From Chiloscyllium plagiosum (taxonomy: Eukaryota), in NCBI RefSeq assembly GCF_004010195.1, contig NC_057718.1:19219905-19283904 (forward strand): a DNA stretch of 64,000 bases, in the 5' to 3' direction. Positions 12,511 through 25,857 of this stretch are shown piece by piece. The notes beneath the pieces were generated by a model that searched no databases, was not told the DNA's origin, and was given only the letters and a program-made list of their open reading frames with translations. How positions within the stretch are numbered: position 1 is the stretch's first letter; every line of letters starts with the position of its first letter. The translations under genes and the position numbers were made by a program.

Positions 12511-13949
12511 TCATTCTGATCATGGAAATTCTCATCTTTTAGTCTTTTTCACTCTAATGAAAGGGTCTAATATTTCTCAAGTCTTCCTTCACTCCCCTCC
12601 ATTAACATTCACTCGATCATTGATGCTCAGTATCATCAACACTGCAGAAATTCACCAAGGTTTCTGAGATAGCACCTTTCCTACTATCTGGAAGGACAAA
12701 GGTAGCAGCAATATGGGAACATCAGCATCCACAGGCTCACCTCTAAGCAGCTCACCACCCTAACTTGGGAATAGATCATTGTTCTTTCAGTATGATCCAG
12801 TCAAAACCCTGGAATACCCTACCTAACAGCACTGTGGACTGCAGTTATTCAAGAAGGCAGCTCACCATCACCTTCTCTATGGTAAATAGGGGTGGGGCAA
12901 TAAATGCTGGCCTGCCAGTCATGCCCACATTCCACAAGTGAACTTTAAAAACGTAAAGTCCCAGTGAATGTAAATTATACTTTCCGTCAGCGGCAATATA
13001 GCAATGTGATGCAACTCCCTTCAAGAGCTGGAGCTGCACAAACCCGGTGAGACTGAAGACTTCAACCGCTTTGGAGGCAAATGAATCAATGAATGAAATA
13101 GCAGAGCCATCTCAGCAGCTAATAGTGGAGATGCATCAGCATGACATCAAAGAGCTATCGAAAACAAACACTCATTCTCAATACCCAAACGTTACCAGCA
13201 AAGCCATGATTGATTGCCTATTGCCAATTGCTCTGGAGAAGCTTGATGGTGAGCTGTCTGTTTCAACAGTCACAATCTGTCTAAGGGAGTTACACCACAG
13301 GGATCTTCAGTAGGAAATTCTGGGATTTTGACCTTGTGAAGCTGAAGGAAGGGCAAAATATTTCCGACTCAGAATGGTGCGTGGTGCGTGGTACGATGGT
13401 GTTCCAAGCATCTGCCGCTCCCGTCCTTTTACACAAGATCAGGCAGGAGAAATTACACACCATATAGACTCTGTTGGGGAGCAAACAGAGCACTTGATTT
13501 GTATTGTCTATCAAATGCAGCATGGAGATTTATTTCCGGAACATTTAATAATGTGGAAGGCAACAGCTTTTTCAACATGTATGTTATTTATGGTTCTGTG
13601 ATGAGAAGGCAGAACATGTTTATCATGGGATCAATGTATTCTCCTCCAGATACAACAACTATTCACATTAGAGACTAGAGTACAATCGAAATGTATTGGG
13701 GAATGCACTCTGAGCTGTCACTATTCGTTGAGACACTAATGAATGTCATTTCTTTCAATATCAACCATTGAGCCATATCTAAGGTGTATAATTCCCACAG
13801 AAAAACGTCAGCATCACAGAATTCAATTCCAAAGTAAACTCCCATGCTATATAAATGCCAATGTAATGTATGCCATCAACATAAACTGTACATTTAAGGG
13901 ACTTGAGAATGAATGCACCTCGGGGTTGAATATGTCCTCAGGGATTAGG

Positions 13950-14240
13950 TAGCTCATCCTGGTCATAGCAGAATAGCCACGAGAACAAGGAGGTAACAGC
14001 AGAGCATTTAGGCACAGTGCCAGGCAAGAACCATCGCCAACCATCAAGAATCAAACCATCACCTTCTGACATTAAGTGGCGTTACCATCACCGAATCCCT
14101 GCTGTCCATATGCTGGGGTTACCAGAAACTGAACTGGACTAGCCATTTAAATGCAGTGGCTACAAGATTAGTTCAGAGGCTAGCAATCCTGAGAGCGAGT
14201 GACTCACCTCCTCACTCCCCAAAGCCTGTCCATCATCAAC
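13950..14240 (+). mobile_element. L2/CR1-like LINE RT fragment
   Basis: Decayed LGV.....L.W..H.N.V..R..Q.L.IL.R motif. Confidence 0.45.
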
Positions 14241-16104
14241 TAGATACACTGTAGACCAAAAAGAATTTTCAGTGTGGGGGGAAGGGCGGGCTGTAGTCAC
14301 CCTAGCCAAGGTGGGAAAGAGCTCAGAGGTCACTTGAGGACATTATTCTCAGTTAAATTAATAACAGTCAGGCTCTCTAGTCTTCCCCTCCCACACACTG
14401 ATCATGCCCCCACCATGCTATCTCATGTTGTCTACTTCAAAATGGAACGTGGGTACGACCATTTCCAAGTATAACAGGCTCTTCCAGCTTTTTCCCATCA
14501 AGAGGGGGATTAGTGTGGCAGAGAGGGGGGTGAAGGGCCATGGGGGCACATGGTGAATTTAGCTTGGGGTGTGGAGAATGAGGGGCCATGAAGAGTAAGT
14601 AGAGGGGGGACTTCATAGCTTGTCATGAAGGCTATGAGTGTCCCTCAGTATACTGGGTCCAGTTCGGTAATAGCAGGGGAGCGCAGCTGAGATTTTATGC
14701 ACTTTCAAAAGCTTCCATCATCGCACTGCATTTGACAACCACCACCAGGCTGATATGAACCATATCCCGGCCCGACTCCCCAGATACTAGAGAGGACTAG
14801 GCCAAGCATCACCCCAATATGGCAGAGGAGCTGTGGGGTTAAAGCCTTATGATTCGAGTTCACCTGTGTCCCTAAAAAAGGAGCAGCTGGGAATGGGCAT
14901 TTCCAGAAATGAAAGTGGGGATCTCTCACAATTGGGTCCTGACCATCAGATTTCATCCCTCCACAGAGTCGCCCTGAAAACCCCAAAAACAGCTTCTCCC
15001 CTTCATGGTGAAAATCCAGCCCCTCGTTCACAGATCTACAGATTTGTGAAGGTGCGTGAGGAGGTTCTGGATTCCCAATCGTGCTGTTGCTGACCTTCCG
15101 AACATTTTAACTTCAAGCCAGCTTCTTGCCTTTTCCCTCCTAACCCTGCACATTATTTAACCCGAAATATCTGTCCAATACCCTCTTGAAAACCTCCGCT
15201 AAACCAATCTCCACCAGTCGGTGCATTCAAGACCCGAACATTTTTAATCTCCCCTATTTACCAGAATTCCTGATGTATTTCCCTGATGTATTTCCAGATA
15301 ATCCAGCTTTCCACATTTTTAATATCCTTTATACAAGCAAATAGCAAATGCTCCACTCACTCTGTCCGCCCAGTTTTTTCCAATTATTTACTTTTTTATT
15401 TCCTGCTACAATCTCCCCTTTCTAAAATACAAATTGCTGTTGTTCATTTCATCTTCGCAGTGCGAATGGGCTGCTGCAGGTTTGAGAATGAAACTTAAAT
15501 GGGAATTTCAGTCTGCAAGCCACCACACTGTGACTCAGAATCAGTGCACCTCCACACACCAGTGCTCTATCTGGGCAGCTCAGTACATGAAGGACTTGAG
15601 GGGCTGGAGGTTCTGAGTTTCTCTCCGTGAGGAATACCAGCTGGAGTTTGTTTCTTGGCTCTGGATTGCAGACTTGGACAAACATGGAATATTTCTCCAC
15701 GTACATTTGAAACCAAGGTTGAAAAGGAGCTGCAGGTTTGTTACAGAAACTACATTTCCCCTGCAGGTATTAGAAATGCCGTTAATGTTCCAACCATCAT
15801 TCCTTCAAAAATGTAACGCCCATTCCAGGCTCAGAAAGAGAATTCTGGGCATGTGAAGCCAATATAAACCAGGGAAACACTTATCATTGCTTTATAAATT
15901 CCTATAGAGTCTGCCATGTGAGATTAAGTCTGGGGTCCCAAAAGCCAATTCTTCACCTTTGGCCACACATCAAGCATAACCTCATGTCTTAAATCACTCT
16001 TTATGCCTAACCCTCCAATCAAACTAATTCTTATCTTTTCTCCTCATTTCCTTCTCGTTCTCCTCCACCATATTTTAGCCCCTTACAGAGACATCTTTTT
16101 CCTT

Positions 16105-16445
16105 CACTCATTCAGAGGAAGAGGGTGTCGCTGGCTAGGCCAGCATTTATTGCCCATCCCTAATTGCCCAGAGGGCAGTTCAGAGTCAATCACGTTGCTT
16201 TGAATCTGGAGTCACATTATCCAGACCAGGTGAGGATGGCCGTTTCCTTCCCTAAAAGGACATTAGGGAACCAGATGGGTTTTTCCAACAATTGACAATG
16301 GATTCATGATCGTCGTTAAACTCCTGATTCAAGACTTTTTTTTTAATTGAGCTGCCGTGGCAGAGTTCAAACTTGGGTCCCCAGAACATTACCTGGGTCT
16401 GTGGATTAGCAATCCAGTGATAACATCACTAAATCATCACCTCCC
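16105..16445 (-). mobile_element. SacSINE/DeuSINE-like SINE
   Basis: Reverse-complement match to the 27560-27870 and 44545-44882 copies. Confidence 0.7.
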
Positions 16446-16869
16446 CTTTTATACTGAGGCAAGGTTTTGCCATGGTCCCTATCTCTGTAACCTCCTCCAG
16501 CCCATCACCTTGCTGAGGTCTCAGTGTTCCTCCAACTCTGACCTCCTGTAAATCTCGTATTTTTAATCACTCCACCAAAGTCATTATCCTGGTATGTGCC
16601 TGGATATTCACAACAGGGAGGTTTGTAAGATGCTGCACATGCCAGTTTATTTGTGACAGAAGTTGCAAAAAGCTCAACCTTAAAGTTTCGGTTTCACAAG
16701 GGGACGAAAGACAATCAAAGGTGAGCTTAGAATCAGAGACACTTTCGAGTGGGTCTCAACCATTAATGCTCAATTACACTGAGTGCTGGTACCTGACCAG
16801 TAACCAGGTGTAAAAGCAGGAATGTGTGGGATTTTGTTATTGATTTAATTCTGCCAGTCCTTGTTGTTT

Positions 16870-17205
16870 ATTCAATCATGGGACGAGGGCATCACTGGCC
16901 AGACCACCATTTATTGCCCATCCCTATTTGCCCATGTAGCAGTTAAGAATCAATCACATTGCTGTGGGTCTGGAGTCACATGTGGGCCAGACCTGGTAAG
17001 GATGGCAGATTCCTTCCCTAAAGTGAACCAGATGGGTTTTATCTCACAATGGATTCATGGCCATCATTAGCCTCTTCATTCCAGGTTTTTTTAATTGAAT
17101 TCAAGAAATTAACCACCTGCTGTGGTGGGATTTGAACCCAGGTCCTCAGAACATTGCTGGGGTCCCTGAAATAGTAGCCTAGCAATAATACCACTAGACC
17201 ATCAG
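16870..17205 (-). mobile_element. SacSINE/DeuSINE-like SINE
   Basis: tRNA-like B box gggttcaaatccc on the minus strand plus the shared body. Confidence 0.75.
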
Positions 17206-17469
17206 CTCCAGTGCCCTGCCCTCTTTTCAGATACAAAAGAATGAAACAGCATGACACCCTCCGGCTGAATGAGCCACAGAGACAGTTTTGGGACAGGAGT
17301 GGGTCACTGCCTCCCCACATCTCTTACAATTCATCCCAGGCCCCCCGCTGCCATTGCAACAAAAATCATGGACTATATTTCTTACTCGAAAACTACAAAT
17401 TTATAAGATAGAAGTAGGGTGTTGTGTACCCATAGTTAATATGAAACTGACTGGACAGTAATTCCAAGG

Positions 17470-17650
17470 ACAAAGTGAGGACTTCAGATCCTGGAGATTT
17501 GAGTCAAAAAGTGTGGCACTGGAAAAGCACAGCCAGTCAGGCAGCATCCGAGGAGCAGGGAAATTGATGTTTCGAGGAAACCTGATGAAAAGTGTACGCT
17601 CAAAACATCGCCTCTCCTGCTTTTCTAGCAACACATTTTTCGACTCTGGA
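17470..17650. mobile_element. Degenerate inverted pair of family-A PLE 3' ends
   Basis: gagtcaaaaagtgtgg...ctggaaaagca pairs with tgcttttctagcaacacatttttcgactc. Hammerhead remnants lie in the centre. Confidence 0.55.
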
Positions 17651-19872
17651 CAGTGATTCCATTGAGGAGGAACAGACTTATAGCACCTGACCAAACCAGA
17701 GTTCAAGCAGTTCACAGAGATCATCTGAAACTGAAATGAATTTGCTTTCATCTGGGTTTACATAGACCTGTACGTCATTTCAAAGATGGTTTTTGACACG
17801 GGATTGGATTAGTTGGGAGTTTCCAGGGAGAGGGAGACAGTGCATGCATTTGGTGGTTAGAAATGGAGACAGGTGCAGACAAGAAAAGCATTTATTAAAA
17901 CAAGGGACTTGAGGAATGTAGTCTTTCAATTGGTGTTGTTTTAGCTCCAGAGCAAACCTTTCAGACAGAGGATGAATGTCTGGCACATAGAGCATCAGAC
18001 GGTGTTTGCTCTGAATATATCCCAGCTCTGCCAGCTTCAATAAGCAGAATCTCAATGAATTACGGAGAGGAATTTCTGTTTTAAAAAAAACAAAGTTTGC
18101 TGCAACCTGTACAAGGCCATTGTGATTAACTCCAAAAGAAAAAATGTACTTCAGTTCATAATTAGCTGGTGAGCCCCAGAGAAAGTGAACGAGTGAGAGA
18201 AGGAAGACAGTGCTGTCATGATAATGTCACTGGGATAGTAATTTTGAGATCCAGGCTAATACCCTGGGGTACTGGATACAGAACCCAGCAAAGCAGCTAT
18301 TGAAATACAAAATCTGGAATTCAAAGCTGGTCTCAGTAATAGTGACCGTGATACTGAACACAGATATGAAAGTTCATCTTGATTTTTTTTGCCCATTTAT
18401 CAAAATATTACCATATTTATATTAAAGAAAAATCGATATAATATACTTTTGAAACGGAGGGTGGATAATTAAAGGAAAAGTTTATTTTGAATTAGCTGTT
18501 CTAATAAAATGTTGGACTTCTGCTGCTGCTTTTGTAAGTCCTGAACAATTCCTTTGTTTTACCTATAAAGTAACAGCTGCATTTATCATTTAGTGTCAAA
18601 GAATCTCAAAATAATTCACATCTTATTTCTGGAATGTGTTGACTGGTGTTATGTCGACAAACGTGATAGGAATTCTAACAACTCAACTGATGAAAGGCTT
18701 GTTTCAATCTTTGTCTATTGTTAATGCTGATTTTGAAAAAATTTTGGGGGTGTACAAAACTAGACAAGCTTCATTTAGGATCAATCGGATCTTTACTATA
18801 ATTCACAATTGGCAGAAGTAGCTTGAATTTAACCTTGTTTGAAAGCTGATACCCCAAAGATTGTGGCAGCTCCTCAGCACTGTTTTAAAAAATGTGAAAT
18901 AACTCCACAGCGGCCAATATCTCGTCACCAACTAACCCTTTGTTAACCCGTGGTGAGTCTTTGACACTGATCCAGCTTCCTCAGAGCCAGTGTGAGCAGA
19001 ACTTTCGACACTCCTGTTTATTATTTTGTGTGCAGGTGTTAATCTTGTTTATTCGTGCCTTTTCTGAGCTGTCTTTATTTGGTCAATCTTATCCGATTGT
19101 TAGCCCCACATCTCACACAGGAATTTTAAGAAGCTATTGTGGATTTAGCCTTAAAGAGCTTGAAATGCAGAACTGGCTGAGGAGCAGATATTTGTATCAG
19201 CACATTTGTCCATCAACAATGGAGGAGTGTGCAACCAAATGCCACCCTGGACATTGCTATGGTCTATTAGAAAGTGGTGATATTCAGAGTCACACAAGTA
19301 GAATTTGACACAGAATTACGTAGAAAAGTACCAAAGGCTTGGGGTAGGATTTAAGTTGTTGATATGGACTGGGAAACTAAGGACAGGAGTAGGCCATTTG
19401 GCCCTCTCGAGCATGCTACACTAATCAATAAGATCGCAACTATTCTGCTTGGTGCCCTTAACTCCACTTTCCTGCCTGTCCCTATAACCCTTATCTCCCT
19501 CGTCTATCCAAAATCTGTCAAAATCAGCAATGAGGCCAGCCTCCACTGCCGCTGGGGTATGAGAAGCATTCAAAACCCTCATGTTCCTCTGAGAGAGGAA
19601 ATCCCTTCTCATCTCTATTTTAATCCGACCGCCTCAGGTCTGCAGCACAGGGAGACACTATGGTAATGAACTAGAAAAAAACAAAAAAATTAGGTGTAGG
19701 ATGCTTGGAGTGGAGGGTCCCTCCTCATAGATCTCTGTAGGTAACAGCGAGAAAAACGTTATTAATTATCCCTCAAATAAACCCGAACAAGGCAGTCAGA
19801 TGCTACTTAAATGGGCTAGTAAACTAATTTTATCAATATGCTGCACCCTGTGTGTGAATTCTCTGCAATAAG

Positions 19873-19912
19873 CCTAACCCTAACCCTAATCCTGACCCTG
19901 AACCTGACCCTA
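19873..19912. repeat. Short degenerate (CCCTAA)n telomere-like tract
   Basis: cctaaccctaaccctaatcctgaccctgaacctgacccta. Confidence 0.6.
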
Positions 19913-20539
19913 CGATAATTTGTTACCTGAGCAGTCAGTGAAAGAACAACCACAGCAGTAAAACATAAAAGAGGCAGAATTACTTGCAAAGCCAGATTCT
20001 GATTGCAGTTGGCACTTCAAGGGAAAGAAAGGATTGAAATGGAGAAGCAATAAACCTATTTCCTTTCAGCAATGTCCCATTCCACAGAAGTTGGGGGTAG
20101 GTAATGGTTTGGAGAAGGAATCAGTCAGGAGCATGCTCTTCTGTCTATCGTTCTCCACAGCTCTACACAGTGCTCTCCAACTTCCACAAAGATAGCAACT
20201 GGAAGCTGTTGCTGACTGATAATGTAAAAGGATGAGTTTCCTGGGCAGTGGAAAACCAACAGGAAATCTTTATTTCCTTCCCGTAAGTATGGATGTCATG
20301 GAAATGAAGGGCAGTGGAAATGACAGTTTGTCACAACATATACCGGATTCTGATTTGACCACTCGTGTTGCTAATCCTTGTGTGTGATAATGATCCTGTA
20401 GAAAATCAGTAACCTGTGCTATGTGCCAATGTCTGCACTGCCAGAATTGAACAGCAACCTCCATTTATATAGCACCTTTCACAGTAAAATATTTCACAAG
20501 AGTGCGAGCGAGTAACTTTTAACACCAAAATAAAACAGA

Positions 20540-20716
20540 CAATGGTGGACGCTGGAAAGCTGAAGAAAAAGTAGAAATTGCTTGGAGAAATCTGGAAGGT
20601 CTGGCAGCATCTGGGAGAGAAAGCAGAGTTAATGTTTCAGAAGACGTCACTGAACTCGAAGTGTTGACTCTGTCAGAGCTGCAGAGTTTCTCCAACAATT
20701 TCTGTTCTTGTTTTCA
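20540..20716. mobile_element. Old palindromic PLE-end-derived element
   Basis: agaaattgcttggagaaa pairs with tttctccaacaatttct; cagagttaatgtttc pairs with gaagtgttgactctg. Confidence 0.45.
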
Positions 20717-20987
20717 CACAGAACAACACAAAAACACATGAAAGATTATATAATACGGAAAAAGGCCATTTGGCCCATCCACCTTTTGTGCTCCACTCTT
20801 AGCTTGCTCCTCATGTAACCGTTGTCCCTCATACCCTTGCCTACTTTGCCTGGAAATATCGCACACTATGATGGATTGCATACAGTACTCACCTCAACCA
20901 CTGCTTGGATTTTATGGGGCACTGTAGCCTGATATCTTGGGGAAACCTGCCCAGAACGCTGACTCCTGCCCAGCAGCAATTTAATGT

Positions 20988-21118
20988 TGAGAGTGTGGTG
21001 CTGGAAAAGTACAGCAGGTCAGGCAGCATCCGAGGAGCAGGAGAATTGACTTTGTGGGCAAAAGCCCTTCATCAGGAAAGAGGCTGGGAGTCTTGGGGGT
21101 GGAGAGATAAATAGGAGG
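20988..21118 (-). mobile_element. Family-A PLE 3' end with a degenerate hammerhead
   Basis: CUGAUGA-A-GGGC(UUUU)GCCC followed by a mutated ACAAAGUC. Confidence 0.65.
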
Positions 21119-21779
21119 GTGATGACAGTCTGGAATGAGCTGCCTGGGAGGGTAGCAGAGACAAGTTGCCTCATATCCTTTGTGAAGTTAATGGATGAAC
21201 ACGAGACATTCATCACAACATTCAAGGCTTTGAGCTAAGAGCTGGTAAATGGGATTAGGTTGAAGGTTAGGTATTTCTCACATGTCAGTACAGACTCAAC
21301 AGGCTGAAGGGCCTTTTCTGCACTGTACGATTCTATGATTCATCTTATATCAAGCTGTGGTCCTAGGTCTAGTCTCTTCTACAAGGTGAAACGTACATCC
21401 AGCCTGACAAGTCAGCTTAGTATGCCTCAATAAGGCCACCTCTCATTCTTCTACAGTACAAAGGATTCAGACTCATCCTGTTCATTCCTTCCTCACAAGG
21501 CTACCTTTTCATCTCAGCACAAACCCTTTCCTAAATAAGGAGACCAAAGTATACACGGTACTGCAGATATACTCTCGACAAAGCCATGTCCGACCAGAGT
21601 AAGTGGGGCAGGGGGAGCGTTGAGAACTGAAGTTGGAGTTGGGGCAGATGGGGTGGATGGGTTTAGCTAGCCAGGGCGAGAGTTGAGGACAGGGTGGGGG
21701 ACCCCAAAGGAGATCCCACTTCCTCCTTTTCCAACACGGTCCTTGCCGAGTTGGGGCATAGAGTATAAAAATTGTCAAG

Positions 21780-22320
21780 ATTCACGTTGCCCAACTTTAG
21801 TTCTGCCATATTTGGAATATTGCGTGTAGTTCTGGCTGTCACACTATCAGAAGGCTGAGGAGGCATTGGAAACGGTACAGAAATGGTTTATCAGGATGCT
21901 GCCTGCTCTGAAAGGTATTAGCTATGAGGTGAGGTTGAACAGTTTGTTCTCGTTTTAATATTGGAGGCTGAGGGGTGACCTGATAGAAGTTTACAAGATT
22001 ATGAGAGGTATGGATAGAATGGATAGTTGGAGAATTTTTGCTAAGGTAGAAATATCAATGACTACAGGATGTGGGTTTAAGGTAAAAGGAGATGTGAGAG
22101 GCAGGGTATTTACACAGAGGATGGTAGGTGCCTGGAATGCATTGCCAGAGGAGGTGGTGGAGGTGGATACAAGAGCAACATTTAAGAGGAATCTTGACAG
22201 AAGCAGGGATTGTGGGATACAGACAGCCTAGAGGCTAAAGTCTTCAGATTTAGAAGGGCATTGGCACAGTCTTAGTGGGCCAATGGTCCTGGTCCTGTAC
22301 CATATTGATCTTTGTTTCTT
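21780..22320 (+). mobile_element. CR1-type LINE 3' fragment (another 3' fragment at ~21118-21340)
   Basis: LEYCV.FW..., RLRGDLIEVYKIMRG.DR and FTQR.V..WN.LP motifs. Confidence 0.8.
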
Positions 22321-23279
22321 CGTTGTATTTAACATCAGCCCAGGTTCCCCCTAAGGCAGGCAGCCCTCACTCACCCCATCACAGGTAAACTATCAAAGTT
22401 CTTCATTGCCACCCGACATCTCCACCATTGCCCCATAACTTGTCAGACAGGCCAGGGACGGGTGGTTAGGTGGCACTGGATTTAACATGTTTCCAAAACC
22501 CAATGCACCAGTCATAAGGAATGAGTTTCTGTCAAATTCCCTGTTGGGTTCTGTCGTGAGGGTCTTCTTTGAGTGGCCTCTAATTATACTGTTCCCCACA
22601 AGAGGAAGCATTCTCTCCACGTCTACTCTGATTGCAACCTTGCATAATTCTCAAGATTTCTGTCATTTCTCAGCCTCCCTTTTTTTTAATATCGAGACCC
22701 GGAACGTCAACGTTTTCCTAAAATGAGCACCCACTTGTTTCTGGCATCTCCTTTGTAGACTACCTCTGCATCTTGTCCAATACCTCTTTGTGATGAGTGA
22801 GTGTGGAAAACCAGTCTTAGCAGATGAGGTCAGGTGACTGAAAGCACAGCTAAAGAGTTGGGTTTTGTGGAGCATTTTTTAAAATGGCAAGGAAGGGAGG
22901 GGGAGCTAGCAGGGAGGGTTGAGAGAGATTTCCTACTCTTACTCCCACTCCATCCAAACTCAAGCTTAGGGTCTACTCAGCGAGAGATATGGCTGCCATT
23001 GGTGGAGTGAAGGGAATTGGAGCTGGGCTGGAGGATTCTACACAGGCCAGCATACCTTCCTCATGAAGAAGCCACCCAACAGTCTAGTTTGAGGGCCCGG
23101 ATGGTCTATGCAAGTAACATAAACTGGGATCTCCATAAATCATCAGCTTGTTACCCCCTGTACCAATGGAAAAGAAAACTGAGCAGGCTATAAATCAGGC
23201 AAGCATGTCCTTTCAATTGGAAACAGTAATTACTGGAGAAGCTCAGCTGGTCTAGCAGCATCTATGGAGAGACGTCAAG

Positions 23280-23440
23280 ATTAGAGTGATGCTGGAAAAG
23301 CACAGGTAGGTCGGGTAGCAACTGAGGAGCAGGAAAATTGATGTTTCGGGCAAAAGCCCTTCATCAGGAATGATGTTTCGGTCAAAAGCCCTTCATCCAG
23401 ACTCTAATCTCCAGCACCTGCAGTACCCAGTTTCGCCTCT
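23280..23440 (-). mobile_element. Family-A PLE mini-insertion with two tandem hammerhead motifs, nested in an older PLE-derived end (23220-23490)
   Basis: gatgtttcgggcaaaagcccttcatcag (23340-23367) repeated as gatgtttcggtcaaaagcccttcatccag (23372-23400). Confidence 0.65.
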
Positions 23441-24276
23441 GTGTAGAGAAAGCACAGTTAACGTTTTGAGTCCAGTGACTCCTCCTCAGTACCGATAGTA
23501 ATGAGGGGAAGGTGATATGTATGTTCAAGAAGGGGTTTGGGAGGGGGGTGTCGTTTTCTTTGTTCCATTTTTGTTCCAGACAAAAGTAGCTCCGGTTATA
23601 GAATGGCAGAATGGTTCTGACACAGAGCTCACTGCACCTGCTTTTGTTCTATTTCCCAGTCTCCTGCCTATTCCCATATCTGAGCGTATCTACCTAAATG
23701 ATGGCACCAACACCCTGGGCAACACTTTGTGAGCTCTCCAAGGCAGATCCTATTCTCACATTTCTTAGAAGCATTCTGCGCTCCATTCTAAGTCTGCGAA
23801 AATTACTCTTGCTTTGTGTACCTCCTGTGCATCCATAACCTGGTATGTCTTGCTCTGTCTAAACACCCTCTGATCAGAGTGTCCTTGTTTACTGTGGTTT
23901 TCCTGCACTGCTAGCAAAACTAAACTTTTCACTGTACTCAGACACATGCAACTACAATAAATCAAATCATACACAAGTCATGTCTACCCACAATATCATC
24001 CAACGCCCTTTTGAATGCCTCAATGGAAGCTGCCTCCACCACATTTCCAGACAGTGCATTCCATATCTGAACTACTTGCTGTGTGACACCTTTTGAAAGC
24101 AGATGTTATCTGTCAGGCTGTGATGAGAGGAGAACATTAAACAAAGGTGATATAATGACTCGCTGTCATAGCCTGGCCAAAATGTAGCGAAAGGAGGAAA
24201 ATTAAATTCTGATAATACCAGGCACAAACCCCCCCCCCGCCCCCCTATCATTTGGTGCGTTATCCAACCATAAGTA

Positions 24277-24565
24277 GGGTGGCACAGTGGCTCAGTGGTT
24301 AGCACTGCTGCCTCACGGGACCCGGGTTCAATTCCTGCCTCGGGCAACTGTCTGTGTGGAGTTTGCATATTCTCGCCGTGTCTGCGTAGTTTTCCTCTGG
24401 GTGCTCCGGTTTCCTTTCATGGTCAGGTGAATTGGCTGTGCTAAACTGCCCATAGTGTTAGGTGCAGGGGTAAATGTAGAGGAATGGGTCTGGGTGGGTT
24501 GCTGTTCGGAGTTCAGTTGGGCTTGTTGGGCCGAAGGGCCTGTTTCCACACTGTAGGAATCTATA
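24277..24565 (+). mobile_element. HE1-like V-SINE
   Basis: GGCACAGTGGCTCAGTGGTTAGCACTGCTGCCTCAC head, V-domain and tail gggcctgtttccacactgtag. Confidence 0.85.
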
Positions 24566-25759
24566 TTAATCAATTAGAATGCTTTGAGTAAAAATCATGT
24601 TACTGGCCTTTGTTTTAAGCTTCATGTTCATTAATTTAAATTTACAGTCTCCTTCCCCACCCTTAATTTGAGGTCGTGCATTATAGCACTTTATTTAATA
24701 TTTGTGTGCTTTAATGAGGTCCCCCTTTTAACTACCACTGCTTGAGTTTTTATAGCCTTTCCTCAGAGTTCATTTGCCTTACACTTGGGATCTGTCTTGT
24801 GTCTCCTCTCCAGCACACATATATCATTTCTTGTGGTTGGGTGTTGGAACTGACCACAGTCCTCAGTGTGATCCAACCAGTGAAGTCTTGTGAGTAACTG
24901 CTGGCTAGTGACATTTTCTTAACCAATTTTTTTCTCTCTCAGTCAATAGTTCCCCACGTGTCCCCATGTTGTTGTGCTACAGTGTTAAGGCCTGGGCTGG
25001 GGAGGTTTGTATATTAGTGTGATACCAATATACGAGCTTCATTGCACATCAGATTGAGACCAGACACAATGCCAAACTGCACTGCTCTTGTAAACCAGGC
25101 GTTCAGTGTGCATTATCTTGAAAAAAACCAATTCTTTGGCACCTGTGTGGATGCTCTCTTTGGTCCCGTGATTTCATTAAACTCAATAAACTCTTCATCA
25201 TGAACATCTGTGTTGCTAAGAGACTGTCACTATAACTGGAGCCTTAAGTTACACTCTTGGCAGACTGGTTAATCATTCTCAAGTTGAAAATTCCCCAGAA
25301 AAATTCAAGCCTGCATATAATCGGAAAACTGCATATGATTGGAACAAATAACACCCCAGCTATTAGATCGTTCTACTCGTCCAAATAAATTATTGATTTC
25401 ATTATCTTTGCCGCCTTGTAAACTATATTAAATAACCTCACTCATGGACTTAATCACCACTGGATGCCAACATTGAAAAACTTGTGGCACAGTTTATCCC
25501 TATTTCAAAACAATGCTGTTCTCTCCAGCTGGAAGAAACAAGGTATAGATATCTGTGTCAAACACTTCCAAACCTAACTTCATAATTGAGTTCAAATAAA
25601 ACAGGGGGTTGAATCTGGGGACTATCAGAATAATTGGAAGCACATTTCAAATTCCAGGTGATTAGGGGGTGGTTAAACCAGATTGGAGGAGCTGTCTGAC
25701 ATACTGACCATTCATGTGAGAGTGACCAGTCAATGACAATATATAGGTGCCTATAGGTA

Positions 25760-25857
25760 AACAGAGTAGACAGGTAGGAGGCTGGAAGAACATAGCAAGC
25801 TAGGCAGCAATAGGAGGTGCAGACGTTGACATTTCGGGTGTAACCCTTCTTCAGGAG
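25760..25857 (-). mobile_element. PLE 3' mini-fragment with a hammerhead motif (25828-25854)
   Basis: CUGAAGA-A-GGGU(UAC)ACCC-GAAAUGUC. Confidence 0.65.
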
